Positions 29,137 to 38,832 of a stretch of DNA of 64,000 bases are shown here, one piece after another; positions within the stretch are counted from its first letter, which is position 1, and every line of letters starts with the position of its first letter. The position numbers and the translations under genes were made by a program. The notes under the pieces were generated by a model. The model searched no databases, had not been told where the DNA came from, and saw only the letters and a list, made by a program, of their open reading frames with translations. This DNA comes from Candidatus Bathyarchaeota archaeon. GTDB taxonomy: Archaea; Thermoproteota; Bathyarchaeia; Bathyarchaeales; Bathycorpusculaceae. Location: contig OY970176.1 of NCBI GenBank assembly GCA_963707955.1, forward strand, positions 704,001 to 768,000, read 5' to 3'.

Positions 29137-30423
29137 TTAGATTTTTCCAGTTGCCTTGTACTTGTCCAGTAGTTCTTGGGCTCTGTCCATTCGAATCTTA
29201 CGCTCTTCAACCATCTTCGCTGCGACTTTGTCGATGAGTTCGCCTGTGGCACCTGCCATTACAGCTATGTTTCTCGCGTGGAGTGACATGTGTCCACGCT
29301 GTATTCCTTCATTAGCCAATGCACGAAGAGCTCCGAGGTTCTGTGCCAGACCAACAGCCGCACATACCTCGCCGAACTCGTTGGCAGTCTTCACTCCTAG
29401 AATCTTGACGGCGATTCTCGCAATCGGATGAGTTTTAACGGCTCCTCCTATGAGGCCGACTGCCATAGGCAGTTCAATTGAGCCTACGAGGTCACCGTTC
29501 TCGTTTTTCTCCCATGTTGACAGCGACGTGTAGTGGCCGCTGACAGCTGCGTAGGCGTGGGCCCCCGCTTCGATTGCGCGGTGGTCGTTGCCTGTTGCGA
29601 CTATCACGGCTATTATGCCGTTCATGATTCCCTTGTTGTGAGTCGCTGCACGGTATGGGTCTGCTGCTGCGAAGGCGTACGCGCTCACGATGGCGTCCAC
29701 GACTTCTTCGCCGCCCACGGATTTCTTCGGCACGACGCATGAGGCTCTGACCAAGCGTTTTGTCGCGAGGTTGGAGATTATTCGGAGGTAGACGCGTCCG
29801 CCTGTTATGCGTTCGATTAATGGCCCTACTGCTTCATTCATCGTGTTGACTGCGTTTGCTCCCATGGCGTCTCGGCAATCGACGTGCAGTTCGGTTATGA
29901 GCATGGGGCCTTGCGTGGTGCTGATTACTTTTGCGTCTAGGTCTCTTGCGCCGCCTCCGGCTGAGACCAGCACTGGGTCTTGGTCGTTGGCTTTTCTCAG
30001 GATTTCGTCTTTCGCTCGTATGACGCGCATCTTAGCGGCGTGGGGGTCTTTGATGCCTACGGCTTGTATTTGTCCGATCATGATGGGCGGTGTGCTGCTT
30101 GTGTGAAAGCCTCCTCCGTCCCTCACCATCTTCGCAGCGTAGCTCGCAGCTGCCACGACTGAAGGCTCTTCAATAGCCATGGGAATCAGGTAATCACGAT
30201 CGTTAATGAGGAAGTTGACGCCAATTCCCAGAGGTATCGGAATGGCGCCGACGACGTTTTCTATCATACGGTCAGCGAGGTCGAGAGGAAGAGAACCTGT
30301 GTTCTGCAGTAAAGCGGCTTCCTTCTCCGTCAGATCGGAGAATTCTTTAACAAACGCTAAGCGTTCTTTGGGACTCAGTTTGTAGAAGCCTGAAGCCAAG
30401 GATGATTTGTTCATACTTGCCAT
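29137..30423 (-). CDS. mvaA: HMG-CoA reductase, class II
   Basis: MIENVVG, EEPSVVAA, DAMGAN, RAATHNKGIMNG, EGIQRGHMSLH. Confidence 0.95.
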   Translation of the reverse strand: MASMNKSSLASGFYKLSPKERLAFVKEFSDLTEKEAALLQNTGSLPLDLADRMIENVVGAIPIPLGIGVNFLINDRDYLIPMAIEEPSVVAAASYAAKMVRDGGGFHTSSTPPIMIGQIQAVGIKDPHAAKMRVIRAKDEILRKANDQDPVLVSAGGGARDLDAKVISTTQGPMLITELHVDCRDAMGANAVNTMNEAVGPLIERITGGRVYLRIISNLATKRLVRASCVVPKKSVGGEEVVDAIVSAYAFAAADPYRAATHNKGIMNGIIAVIVATGNDHRAIEAGAHAYAAVSGHYTSLSTWEKNENGDLVGSIELPMAVGLIGGAVKTHPIARIAVKILGVKTANEFGEVCAAVGLAQNLGALRALANEGIQRGHMSLHARNIAVMAGATGELIDKVAAKMVEERKIRMDRAQELLDKYKATGKI

Positions 30424-30555
30424 CTTCTCCTCTTGTGCGATTCAAGACATGTTTACCATCGACCTTTAAAGCTTAGCGGAATTCAGGGTTTCTGTTGTTA
30501 ACCAGCCTGCGCGACAAGCTTGATTTTCCGCTTGGGTTGCAACTGTGTTCTATGG

Positions 30556-30909
30556 TCATTTGAGCATGTCTTCTGTTGGCTCTTCAAAGTAAGGTGGAAA
30601 CACCCATCTGCCGAAGAAGAACTCGTCAACGAAGACCAGTTTGTCTTCACTTATCCAAACGCAGGAGCATCTGTGCACGTTATCGAGCTTCGCCGAGGTG
30701 TCCAAATTGATGAGTCTGGCTAAAACAGAATGCAAGCCTTCGTGTTCCAACACGTTCAGCAGACTGTAAACCGTGAAGAATCCCCGTCGCCTGTGCCAGT
30801 AAACGTTGATGGTACTGAGCTCCAAACTGTCAACCCAGCCGCCTCCAAGAAAATCCCGACGCTTGGGATTCTTCAAGATTTCTCTTTCACTGGGAACTCT
30901 AACGTCCAT
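30556..30909 (-). CDS. Small HExxH (zincin-like) hypothetical protein
   Basis: LEHEGLHSVLARL; paralogous to 58055-58291. Confidence 0.65.
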   Translation of the reverse strand: MDVRVPSEREILKNPKRRDFLGGGWVDSLELSTINVYWHRRRGFFTVYSLLNVLEHEGLHSVLARLINLDTSAKLDNVHRCSCVWISEDKLVFVDEFFFGRWVFPPYFEEPTEDMLK

Positions 30910-31011
30910 CGAACAGGCCTCCTTCGCTCAAGATACGCGGTTCTATAAAAATCCTCTCAACGTTGAGCGCGCTGGCTTGTCCCTAAATTCGCTGATAACG
31001 CATTTTCAAAA

Positions 31012-31046
31012 GCATATACAAAAAGCATATACATTTTGCATATACA
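31012..31046. repeat. Triple GCATATACA direct repeat with 13-bp period
   Basis: Copies start at 31012, 31025 and 31038. Confidence 0.85.
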
Positions 31047-31239
31047 GTTAACTAGATTGTTGAAGGCGCCTCGGGCTAAGGTTGCATACGGAGCTGTTTG
31101 GCATGTTCAAGGACTTGGCTTCTGAGGGTTGGTGGACGTTACGAACGCTTGTTGTCGCGCGCGCGTTCGATTGCATGGGTCAGACAGCATGACGAGATCC
31201 AATGTCCGTTTCCTTAAGGTCGCGCGAGTAGCTGATGTG

Positions 31240-31647
31240 CTAGATGGAAAAAACCATTACTTTTAGCAGCTTTACTCCTTTTTTGGGTGTCAGTTGATCT
31301 CTGAGTTTTTGAACTTCTTCAGCTTTGCCCTTGACGGCTATTGTCTCAAGGCAGTCTGTTTTGTTCAGGTGGATATGCATGGTTGAGCAGATGATGTGGG
31401 CAAAATTGTGTTGCACGTGGGTGAGTGCGGTCTCAAGCCCTTTGACTTCATGGTCATAGAGCATCATCAAGAGCCCTGCTTGATTTCCTGTTCCTTGTTG
31501 AAGCGGTTTTTTCTCGGCTACAAACATTCTGACTGCGTCCTGAACAGCTTTAGACCGATTCGCGTATCCCATTGTTGCAATTGTCTCGTCAAAATCTTCT
31601 AGCAAGTCAGGAGGGAACGTTACTCCTACACGCTTGATTTTGGTCAT
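31240..31647 (-). CDS. nikR: NikR-family nickel-responsive regulator
   Basis: RHH N-terminus (RVGVTFP, GYANRSKAV.DA), QH, HIH and CLE metal ligands. Confidence 0.92.
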   Translation of the reverse strand: MTKIKRVGVTFPPDLLEDFDETIATMGYANRSKAVQDAVRMFVAEKKPLQQGTGNQAGLLMMLYDHEVKGLETALTHVQHNFAHIICSTMHIHLNKTDCLETIAVKGKAEEVQKLRDQLTPKKGVKLLKVMVFSI

Positions 31648-31685
31648 GCTCTCACGAATAAGTTCTAGTGTGTTTATGAATAAAG

Positions 31686-31719
31686 TTTTTATGCAGACAG
31701 TGTTACTATTTCATAAAAA
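31686..31719. promoter_or_regulatory. Putative NikR operator
   Basis: TTTTTATG-N18-CATAAAAA inverted repeat in the divergent nikR/ECF promoter. Confidence 0.55.
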
Positions 31720-31730
31720 AGTGTTACCTA

Positions 31731-32288
31731 ATGAACAAAAAGGGTGAAAACACTTATTTTTCAGCAGTGGACGTTGCGTTGACAGCCGTCTTCAGTGCTC
31801 TTTGGATAGCCGTGAACTTGACTTTGGGACCTCTCAGTTTTAGTCTTACTCACCTTCCGGTACTACATGCTTTTGGAATTTTCTTCACATTGCTCCTCGT
31901 GGCATGGGTGACTGGACGGTTCGGCACGAGCTCGATGGCCGGCATAATAGGCACAATATTTGCGTTACTCTTAGGGGCTAATGCCTTAGTAGTTTGTTTT
32001 TCCGCTTCAGCTGTCGTTTTTGATGTGTTAATGTTTGCAAACCATCATAAAATCCGGATTACACTAAACAGTTTGGCAATAACAGCGATTGTGACGATGG
32101 TGTCCTCATACCTTGCGGGTGTTTTGATTGTATTGTTCGGTTTCGTGGGGGGAGGACTGCAATTTGCGCTCACTTTTTGGGGAGCATGGACTCTAGCTGG
32201 TGGAATACTGGCGCTTGCGATAACATTACCTGTAATAATAGCTTTGGAAAAGGCAAATGTGAGGAAGATTAAAGGTGACCGAGATTAA
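31731..32288 (+). CDS. ECF transporter S-component-like membrane protein
   Basis: 185 aa, 5-6 TM helices, DVALTAVFSAL and G.FG..S..G.I pattern. Confidence 0.7.
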   Translation: MNKKGENTYFSAVDVALTAVFSALWIAVNLTLGPLSFSLTHLPVLHAFGIFFTLLLVAWVTGRFGTSSMAGIIGTIFALLLGANALVVCFSASAVVFDVLMFANHHKIRITLNSLAITAIVTMVSSYLAGVLIVLFGFVGGGLQFALTFWGAWTLAGGILALAITLPVIIALEKANVRKIKGDRD

Positions 32289-32712
32289 GGAGACTCCATT
32301 GCTGGTTGAAAATGCTGCCAAGCTCCATGGACACTTGGGACCTTTCCTTGTCATAGGAGTCCGCATGGGAGAACTGGCAAAGAGGCATCTGCAAGTTGAT
32401 GACAAGACTAACTGTAGACTGAAAGCAAGCATCAAAACGCCTCTCATCACTCCATTCTCCTGCGTTATTGACGGAATACAAGCCTCGACCAGTTGCACAG
32501 TTGGAAATCGAAAACTGAAAATTGAAAACTCGACGAAAGAAATAACTGCACACTTCAAACTTCAAGACTCGAAAAAAACAGTCAAGATTTCAGTCAATCC
32601 TAAAATAGCTGAGACCTTGATATGCGAGATGTCAAAGGGAGCTAATGCTAAACACCTTGCCGCAAAGATCGCACGTATGAAAGAAGAGCAGCTCTTTGTA
32701 TTAGAAGAATAA
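32275..32712 (+). CDS. fmdE: FmdE/FwdE-family protein
   Basis: LHGHLGPFLVIGVRMG and SCVIDGIQ...CTVGN. Confidence 0.88.
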   Translation: MTEIKETPLLVENAAKLHGHLGPFLVIGVRMGELAKRHLQVDDKTNCRLKASIKTPLITPFSCVIDGIQASTSCTVGNRKLKIENSTKEITAHFKLQDSKKTVKISVNPKIAETLICEMSKGANAKHLAAKIARMKEEQLFVLEE

Positions 32713-32927
32713 GGATTGCTTGAAACAGTCGTTAGCGCACACTAAGAAGTTGAACTTGTTCTTGATGCAAAGCGGAATTGAACTTACGGGCGCGTTTCTT
32801 TGAGCCTCCACCAGAATAGCCTCTTATAGCGCGCGCTGTGGTTCCACTATTATCGATAAATGTATCGCGCGCCACCAAAGAAATCAGTCTGACTTCAGAG
32901 TAGAGCTTAGTCGGCAGAGACCATATC

Positions 32928-34115
32928 CTAAGATGCGTGTTTCTGTCTTGGAACATTCGAGAAAAGTATAGGAATAATCAACACAAAGGCAAGCACTGCC
33001 ATGAGTAGCCATGCAGGCGAGTATCCGTACTGTACTACCATGTAGGAGTAGATTAACGGAGGGACAAAATCGCCTGAGAGAGAGATGCTGTTCACCCAGC
33101 TTACAGACAGCGTTTCGTATTCCTTATCAAGTCTATTCGAGGCTCTCGCTGAGGAGAAGCCGAAAGTGAACCCGGCCCCAGAGGCGATGCCGACCATGAT
33201 CCCAGATAAGATGGCCGAATAGACTGTACCAAAGAACGCCACGCCTACCCCGATTGCCATTACGACGCCTGAGGCAAAGAGCAGCCGCTTTGTATCGTCA
33301 TACCTGTCAAACAGCCTCCCAGAGTAAGGAGCTGATGCGAACGCAAAGAGCGAGGCCAACGACGCGATTATTCCAGCTTCTCCAACTTTCATATGAGCCA
33401 CGCTCTCAAGGTAGTAGGCCATGAAATTGCTGTAAACCGTTGATCCTAGCTGGAGGCCCAACACTGCAATGGACAACACGATTAGCCATTTGTTCAGCAG
33501 AACGAGTCTCAGGTGGTGGGGTTCCACTTTGAAGTCCGAGCGTTGAGTATCCTTCGGAACCAGAAACCAGAGCAAGACAGACGTGAACAGGCCAAGCAAT
33601 CCGACTGCGGCCAAGCTGTTCCTCCAGCCGATCTCAGCTGCAAGCACTGCCCATCCAGCAAGCCCTAATGCACCTCCAAGACTGAAAGCTGAGTTATAAA
33701 GACCTACACCCAGGCCCTCAGATCCCTCTCGCAGAAACCTCGTCATCAGGATAACGCCTGGAGCGAACACGAAAGCCATGCCTAACCCGACGAAAAAACG
33801 AAGAACCGCTATCTCGGCCAGATTTCCCGCGAAAGCGGTCAACAGAGCAGCCAAGGAAGCGATAGTTGTCCCGTATATTGCTGTCCGTCGTGGACCAATT
33901 TTCGCTGCAAGAATTCCACCTGGCACCTGAAAAACTCCAATGCCGACGAAGAACGTTGCTGTTACCAAACCAAGACCAGAAACGTTCAGTTTCAGTTCAG
34001 ACGCCGTGAAGGAGAACACGGCGGCCAAACTGTACCAGTTCACTGCATAGACGACTCTACCCAAGATTAAGGAAGCGACTGCCGCACGGTTGACACCGCC
34101 TCTACGCGTGCTCAT
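32928..34115 (-). CDS. MFS transporter
   Basis: 12 TM pattern; GGILAAKIGPRR and GRLFDRY motif A; LRFFVGLG. Confidence 0.92.
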   Translation of the reverse strand: MSTRRGGVNRAAVASLILGRVVYAVNWYSLAAVFSFTASELKLNVSGLGLVTATFFVGIGVFQVPGGILAAKIGPRRTAIYGTTIASLAALLTAFAGNLAEIAVLRFFVGLGMAFVFAPGVILMTRFLREGSEGLGVGLYNSAFSLGGALGLAGWAVLAAEIGWRNSLAAVGLLGLFTSVLLWFLVPKDTQRSDFKVEPHHLRLVLLNKWLIVLSIAVLGLQLGSTVYSNFMAYYLESVAHMKVGEAGIIASLASLFAFASAPYSGRLFDRYDDTKRLLFASGVVMAIGVGVAFFGTVYSAILSGIMVGIASGAGFTFGFSSARASNRLDKEYETLSVSWVNSISLSGDFVPPLIYSYMVVQYGYSPAWLLMAVLAFVLIIPILFSNVPRQKHAS

Positions 34116-34208
34116 CAGCCTAAGCTCTCCTTGAGACGTCTGCAGACTCGTTCAGATCTGTGGACTCAAGGTCAAAACGGAGACATGTAAATCTTTTCGC
34201 AGCGCGCG

Positions 34209-35228
34209 CTACTCGAAAAGGCTGTTCTTTGGCTGAGCCACTGCAGAGATGCCCAATTGTTTGCGGATTTCTTTCGCTAGAGTTTCGCCGTAGTGGACGC
34301 GGAAGTTGTCGGTTATCACGAGTTTGGGTTTGGATAGGCGTACGTATTCGAGCAGTCCGTCGAAGTCTGAGTGGTCGCTTAGGGCCACTATGTATTCTCT
34401 TTCGTCGACTTGGCGTATTGGGGAGTAGAATTCCCAGCCGCTGACGCAGATGCGGAACTTGTCTAAGCTGGCTTTGTTTTTTGAGTGCATGTGGCTGAAG
34501 GTTATGCAAGGCGAGTTCTTTTCAAGCAGCTCAGTTGCCTCTTTTTCGGTTGACAACATTAGCTTTCCGAGTCGCATTCCGTGTTTTTCGCAGACTTGTG
34601 AGATGCGGAAGACGTTTTCAGGAGTGATGAAGGGGACGTTTACGTTGGCCTTGTGAAGGATCTCCATTACCTCTTGGAGTTTTCCGTGGTAGCCGAAGAT
34701 GCACACCGGTCCATGCCCTAGTGCTTTCTCCACTAGAGAGATTAGCGAGTCATGCACGTCTTTGTGAAATTTGCGTCTGCAGTGTGGGCTTCCGTAGGTG
34801 GCTTCGATGACGAGGATGTCTGAGCTGAGGATCGGGGTTTGGTCGATTCTGAAGTCGCCCGTGAATACAATTCGTTTTCCTTCCAGGTCCTCGACCATCA
34901 CTTGGGCCGCGCCCAGTATGTGGTCTGCCTTATGGAAGGTTATTCGTTCGTCTCCGCAGGTGATCGTTTGGCCGTAGTCTAACGCTTCGACGTGGCCTGC
35001 CATTAGGTAGAATGGTCCGCGCATCGCGTCGATCAGGTCTTTCGTGGCCTTTGTCATCAATACGTTTCTGGACTTCTTGAGGCTCTGTTGCAGGCCAGTC
35101 ATGTGGTCAGCGTGGGCGTGGGTCACGACGCGCACTGGTCGAGTCTCTTCGAAGGCGTCGCACGCAACGTTGTCGCCGAGAAGTACGGCGCCTCTTTCGG
35201 TTATTGATGCTTTTTCTGACACGCCCAT
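34209..35228 (-). CDS. MBL-fold beta-CASP-like nuclease
   Basis: THAHADH, HILGA, TGDF, EATYG, LSDHSDF. Confidence 0.88.
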   Translation of the reverse strand: MGVSEKASITERGAVLLGDNVACDAFEETRPVRVVTHAHADHMTGLQQSLKKSRNVLMTKATKDLIDAMRGPFYLMAGHVEALDYGQTITCGDERITFHKADHILGAAQVMVEDLEGKRIVFTGDFRIDQTPILSSDILVIEATYGSPHCRRKFHKDVHDSLISLVEKALGHGPVCIFGYHGKLQEVMEILHKANVNVPFITPENVFRISQVCEKHGMRLGKLMLSTEKEATELLEKNSPCITFSHMHSKNKASLDKFRICVSGWEFYSPIRQVDEREYIVALSDHSDFDGLLEYVRLSKPKLVITDNFRVHYGETLAKEIRKQLGISAVAQPKNSLFE

Positions 35229-35243
35229 ATCGCCCCCTTGTCT

Positions 35244-35645
35244 TCATGGATTCATTGCGGTGAGCCAGTCAACGACTTGTCGGGGGTTCTCGGACTTTAT
35301 TTTCACTTTTATCGGTCCTAGCGGAGACTCGGCTACTTCTTGTGAGAAAGAGACGTGGCCTGCGTATGCTACCTGTTTGTTGAGGCAGAAGTTGACGCTT
35401 GTTCTTTCTAATCCTTGGAGGAACACTGCCCGTGCTGCGGCGCGGATGTGTTCTCTTTGCAGTATGTTGTGAAACTTGGCGAGCGCTTCTTGTCCGGCTG
35501 CTTCTGCGAGTAAAAGGTTGCCTTTGTGCAACGTCTTTGTCTGCATGTTCATTGCTCCAAAAATCTTTTCAACTGCCTCTTTCACTTTCTGTTCGGATTC
35601 CGTTGGGTTGACCTCGACCTCGATGTGGACGCTTACTTCCTCCAT
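35244..35645 (-). CDS. UPF0201 putative RNA-binding protein
   Basis: VNPTESEQKV, LNKQVAYAG, ESPLGPI, VDWLT. Confidence 0.9.
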   Translation of the reverse strand: MEEVSVHIEVEVNPTESEQKVKEAVEKIFGAMNMQTKTLHKGNLLLAEAAGQEALAKFHNILQREHIRAAARAVFLQGLERTSVNFCLNKQVAYAGHVSFSQEVAESPLGPIKVKIKSENPRQVVDWLTAMNP

Positions 35646-36202
35646 TTGTTCTCAACTTTCTCCAAGATTCTTCTAATTCTTCCCTTCACAACGTCGAAAG
35701 GTTCCTCGTTTACAACCATCTCTTCGGCCATGGCTATGGCGCTGCCCAAACCTACGCTCAACTCTCGCGTGTCTCTTTCAATGAAGACCTTCCATTGGCT
35801 TGCGTCGTCGCTTCTGCGGCGGTGGTACAGGCGCTGGAATCGTGTATCGGGAGAAGCATGGATGGCGATCAGGCTGAATATTGGGTAGTGTTTTTTGAAT
35901 TCTTCGATTTCATCTAGGCTTCTTATTCCGTCCACGATCACTTTCTGTCCCTCTATGCTGGCTATTCTTGGAACGCATCTCTTCGCTATGACCGCGCTCC
36001 CTTCTTTCTGTCTCAGCTCAAGCATCACTCTTCCGATGTTTTCAGGCGTCGGTTGCAGATTTCTCTTTTTTGTTTCCTCTCTGACAACGTCACCCATTGC
36101 GACCGCTTCGTAGCCTTTTTCTTTCTGCGCGAGTTCAACAACTAGGGATTTGCCCGACCCAGGCATTCCTGCGACACCTAGGACAAGCTTATCCTCTGTC
36201 AT
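35633..36202 (-). CDS. UPF0200 P-loop kinase (dephospho-CoA-kinase-like)
   Basis: GMPGSGKS, MGDVVREE, VDGIRSLDE, RDTRELSVG. Confidence 0.88.
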   Translation of the reverse strand: MTEDKLVLGVAGMPGSGKSLVVELAQKEKGYEAVAMGDVVREETKKRNLQPTPENIGRVMLELRQKEGSAVIAKRCVPRIASIEGQKVIVDGIRSLDEIEEFKKHYPIFSLIAIHASPDTRFQRLYHRRRSDDASQWKVFIERDTRELSVGLGSAIAMAEEMVVNEEPFDVVKGRIRRILEKVENKWRK

Positions 36203-36301
36203 GTTTTCCTTTCACCGCAGTTTTTCTTTTGACAGATAGTTTTTTACACGTTAAAAGCGTTTATGAAATGAATGAGGCAAAAACGCGCGGGAGTAGTAGG
36301 C

Positions 36302-36871
36302 ATGGTTGAGATGGTTAGATGTTTTGTGGCTTTCGACATTGATAGTGAAGCCGTTAAGAAGAAATTGACTGAAGTTCAGACGTTGCTGGTTAAGACAGGG
36401 GCCGACTTAAAGGTTGTTGAACCTGCAAATATTCACATAACGATGCGGTTCTTAGGCGACGTGAGGTCGGATTCTGTTGAGAAGATTTTTGAGGCTATGA
36501 AGAAGGCGTTGTTTGCTCCTTTCGACGTGAAGATTCAAGGTGTCGGTGCTTTTCCAGACGTGCGCTACCCACGTGTCGTGTGGGCAGGAATAACTCAGGG
36601 GGCCAACGATCTGCGGAGCATTTCGAGTCAGTTGGAGCCTCACTTACAGGCTTTGGGGTTTGCGCCTGACCCTAAGGGTTTCAGTCCGCACTTGACGATT
36701 GCGCGGGTCAGGAGCGCACGGAACAAGGCGGAACTCGCTAAATTCGTGAACGAAAACGTGGGTTTTGAGTTTGGTGTGGTCAGGGCGGCGTGTTTGAGGT
36801 TGAAAAAGAGTGTCTTAACGCCGACAGGACCCATTTATTCGACTCTCAAAGAGGTTTGTCCGCAGGGATGA
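36302..36871 (+). CDS. thpR: RNA 2',3'-cyclic phosphodiesterase
   Basis: Two HxT motifs (HITMRFLG, PHLTIAR); LTPTGPIY. Confidence 0.95.
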   Translation: MVEMVRCFVAFDIDSEAVKKKLTEVQTLLVKTGADLKVVEPANIHITMRFLGDVRSDSVEKIFEAMKKALFAPFDVKIQGVGAFPDVRYPRVVWAGITQGANDLRSISSQLEPHLQALGFAPDPKGFSPHLTIARVRSARNKAELAKFVNENVGFEFGVVRAACLRLKKSVLTPTGPIYSTLKEVCPQG

Positions 36872-38319
36872 ACAAAAGAGATCTGTCGATGCAGGACGAG
36901 ATGCGAAGAGTCCTTGCAACCGTTTTGAAGCGGGTCACGCCGAAAACGGATGAACGAGCCAAGATAGGGGCCCTAGCTAGGAAGCTTGAAAGGAAAGTTA
37001 CATCAGCCTCGAAACAGTTGGGCGTTAGGGCCAAGGTGCGCGTGGAAGGCTCTGTTGCCAAGGACACGTGGCTGAGCGGTGAGCCGGACGTAGACGTTTT
37101 CATGCGTGTTCCAGCGTCGATTCCCCGCGAGTCTTTAGGCGAGGTTTGCCTGAAAGTAGCCAAGGAGGCAACAAAGGGTTCGGAGCAGATTGAACGGTTC
37201 GCTGAGCATCCGTACCTTGAGGCTTTTGTTGATGGCACAAGAGTGAACGTTGTGCCCTGCTACGCTGCAAAACGCGGGGAATGGTTGAGCGCCACGGATA
37301 GGACGCCCTTTCACTCGGACTACATCAACAAGAATCTGGACGTGAAGATGCGGGGTCAGGTGCGACTGCTGAAGAAGTTCATGAAGGGCATTGGCGTTTA
37401 CGGCGCTGAGATCAAGGTCGGCGGCTTCAGCGGCTACTTGTGCGAGCTCCTAGTCCTACACTACGGGTCCTTCTTGGACGCTGTCGAGGCGTTTGCGAAG
37501 CACAAACAAAGAATGATCATCGACATTGAAGGCTTCTACGGGAACAGGCAGAGGGAGGTTGACCTCTTGTTCGATGATCCTTTGGTGGTTGTTGACCCTG
37601 TTGATAAAGCGAGAAACGTCGCTTCTGCGGTGCGCAAGCAGAACCTTTACACCTTCATAGCCGCCGCGCAGGCGTTCGTGAAAAGGCCGAGCTTGAACTT
37701 CTTCTATCCACCCGCGACGATTCCCTTGAATGCAGGCAAGATGAGGGAGGAGTTGAAGAAGCGTCGTCGGGGGCCAACGACTGTCTTCGTCGCGTTTGGA
37801 AGGGTCGACGCTGTGCCAGACATCCTGTGGGGTCAGCTCTACAAGTCCCTTCGTTCAATGCACAAGCTTGTTGGCCTGAGCGACTTTTCGCTTCTGAGAG
37901 ATTTTGCTTGGAGCGATGAGAAGGATTTGAACGTCTTTGGCTTTGAGCTTGAACACTGCTGCATCCCAGAGGTTAAAAAGCATCTGGGGCCGCCTCTTGA
38001 GAAAGAGAGTGAGTGTGAAAAGTTTCTGTTGAAGCATCAGAACGCGTCAAGAACGGTTTCGGGGCCTTACGTAGAGGACGGCCGCTGGGTCGTGCAGGTT
38101 CGAAGAAACTATACAGACGCTTGTGCGTTGCTTCGTGAAAAACTGAAGGATGGCGGGAAGAATGCCGGAGTAGCCGAGGGGATTTCGTACGTGTTGAAGA
38201 AAGGTTTCAGAGTGTTTGTGAACGAAGAGGTTGTTAAGGTTTATGAGAAGAATAACGAGTTTGCTGAGTTTCTGACTGATTTTCTTTCGGGCAAGCCTAA
38301 GTGGCTGGAAGCCGCTTGA
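36868..38319 (+). CDS. cca: Class I CCA-adding enzyme
   Basis: GSVAKDTWL..DVDVF, AEHPY, DRTPFH, GGFSGYLCELL; ATGA overlap with thpR. Confidence 0.97.
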   Translation: MNKRDLSMQDEMRRVLATVLKRVTPKTDERAKIGALARKLERKVTSASKQLGVRAKVRVEGSVAKDTWLSGEPDVDVFMRVPASIPRESLGEVCLKVAKEATKGSEQIERFAEHPYLEAFVDGTRVNVVPCYAAKRGEWLSATDRTPFHSDYINKNLDVKMRGQVRLLKKFMKGIGVYGAEIKVGGFSGYLCELLVLHYGSFLDAVEAFAKHKQRMIIDIEGFYGNRQREVDLLFDDPLVVVDPVDKARNVASAVRKQNLYTFIAAAQAFVKRPSLNFFYPPATIPLNAGKMREELKKRRRGPTTVFVAFGRVDAVPDILWGQLYKSLRSMHKLVGLSDFSLLRDFAWSDEKDLNVFGFELEHCCIPEVKKHLGPPLEKESECEKFLLKHQNASRTVSGPYVEDGRWVVQVRRNYTDACALLREKLKDGGKNAGVAEGISYVLKKGFRVFVNEEVVKVYEKNNEFAEFLTDFLSGKPKWLEAA

Positions 38320-38390
38320 AGATGCTCGTATCAACGAGGCTCCCAGCGGTCAAGTGTAAAATGCGAAGATATAGAACTTTTTTGTTGCCA

Positions 38391-38747
38391 CTACGTTATT
38401 GCTACTTGTCTAGTATAATGCCGAAGAAGCTGCGCCACTTTCACGCCTATCGGAAGCCCGAGAAGCAGACTTTTGAGGCTGACCGCATGGTAATGAGCAG
38501 TAATGGACTCCAGGTTCTTCGTTTCTTCAAGCCAAATACTGAAACCGGCAACTTCCCTCGCGACCTCTGCCTCCAGTTTTCTCTTAGTCTCTGTATCGGC
38601 CATTTCATAGTTGGCCCTGCGCGTTCTGATTGTCTCCATGATTTTTCGTCTGCTATACTCCTCGTAGAGTCCGAAGCTTTCGGGCTGTCTCTTCCAAGTG
38701 TCACGTGTCGCTAGCTCGGCTGTGAGTTCTTCATTCTTCGATTGCAT
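38391..38747 (-). CDS. Hypothetical protein, possibly an integrase SAM-like domain
   Basis: 118-aa ORF; F..WL...K.L...T.......L..L pattern. Confidence 0.6.
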   Translation of the reverse strand: MQSKNEELTAELATRDTWKRQPESFGLYEEYSRRKIMETIRTRRANYEMADTETKRKLEAEVAREVAGFSIWLEETKNLESITAHYHAVSLKSLLLGLPIGVKVAQLLRHYTRQVAIT

Positions 38748-38832
38748 GTGGAAAGCTTTCTGGCTGCAGAATATCTTGCTTGTGAAAGCTCTATTCAGAT
38801 TCAGAATTCACACAAGACCCATGAACACTTGG

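Noticed and set aside
29137-30423. Class II HMG-CoA reductase in an archaeon
   Set aside because: Already known in several archaeal lineages (e.g. Archaeoglobus)
31012-31046. Short repeats as a CRISPR array
   Set aside because: 9-bp units with 4-bp gaps, no spacers and no cas genes
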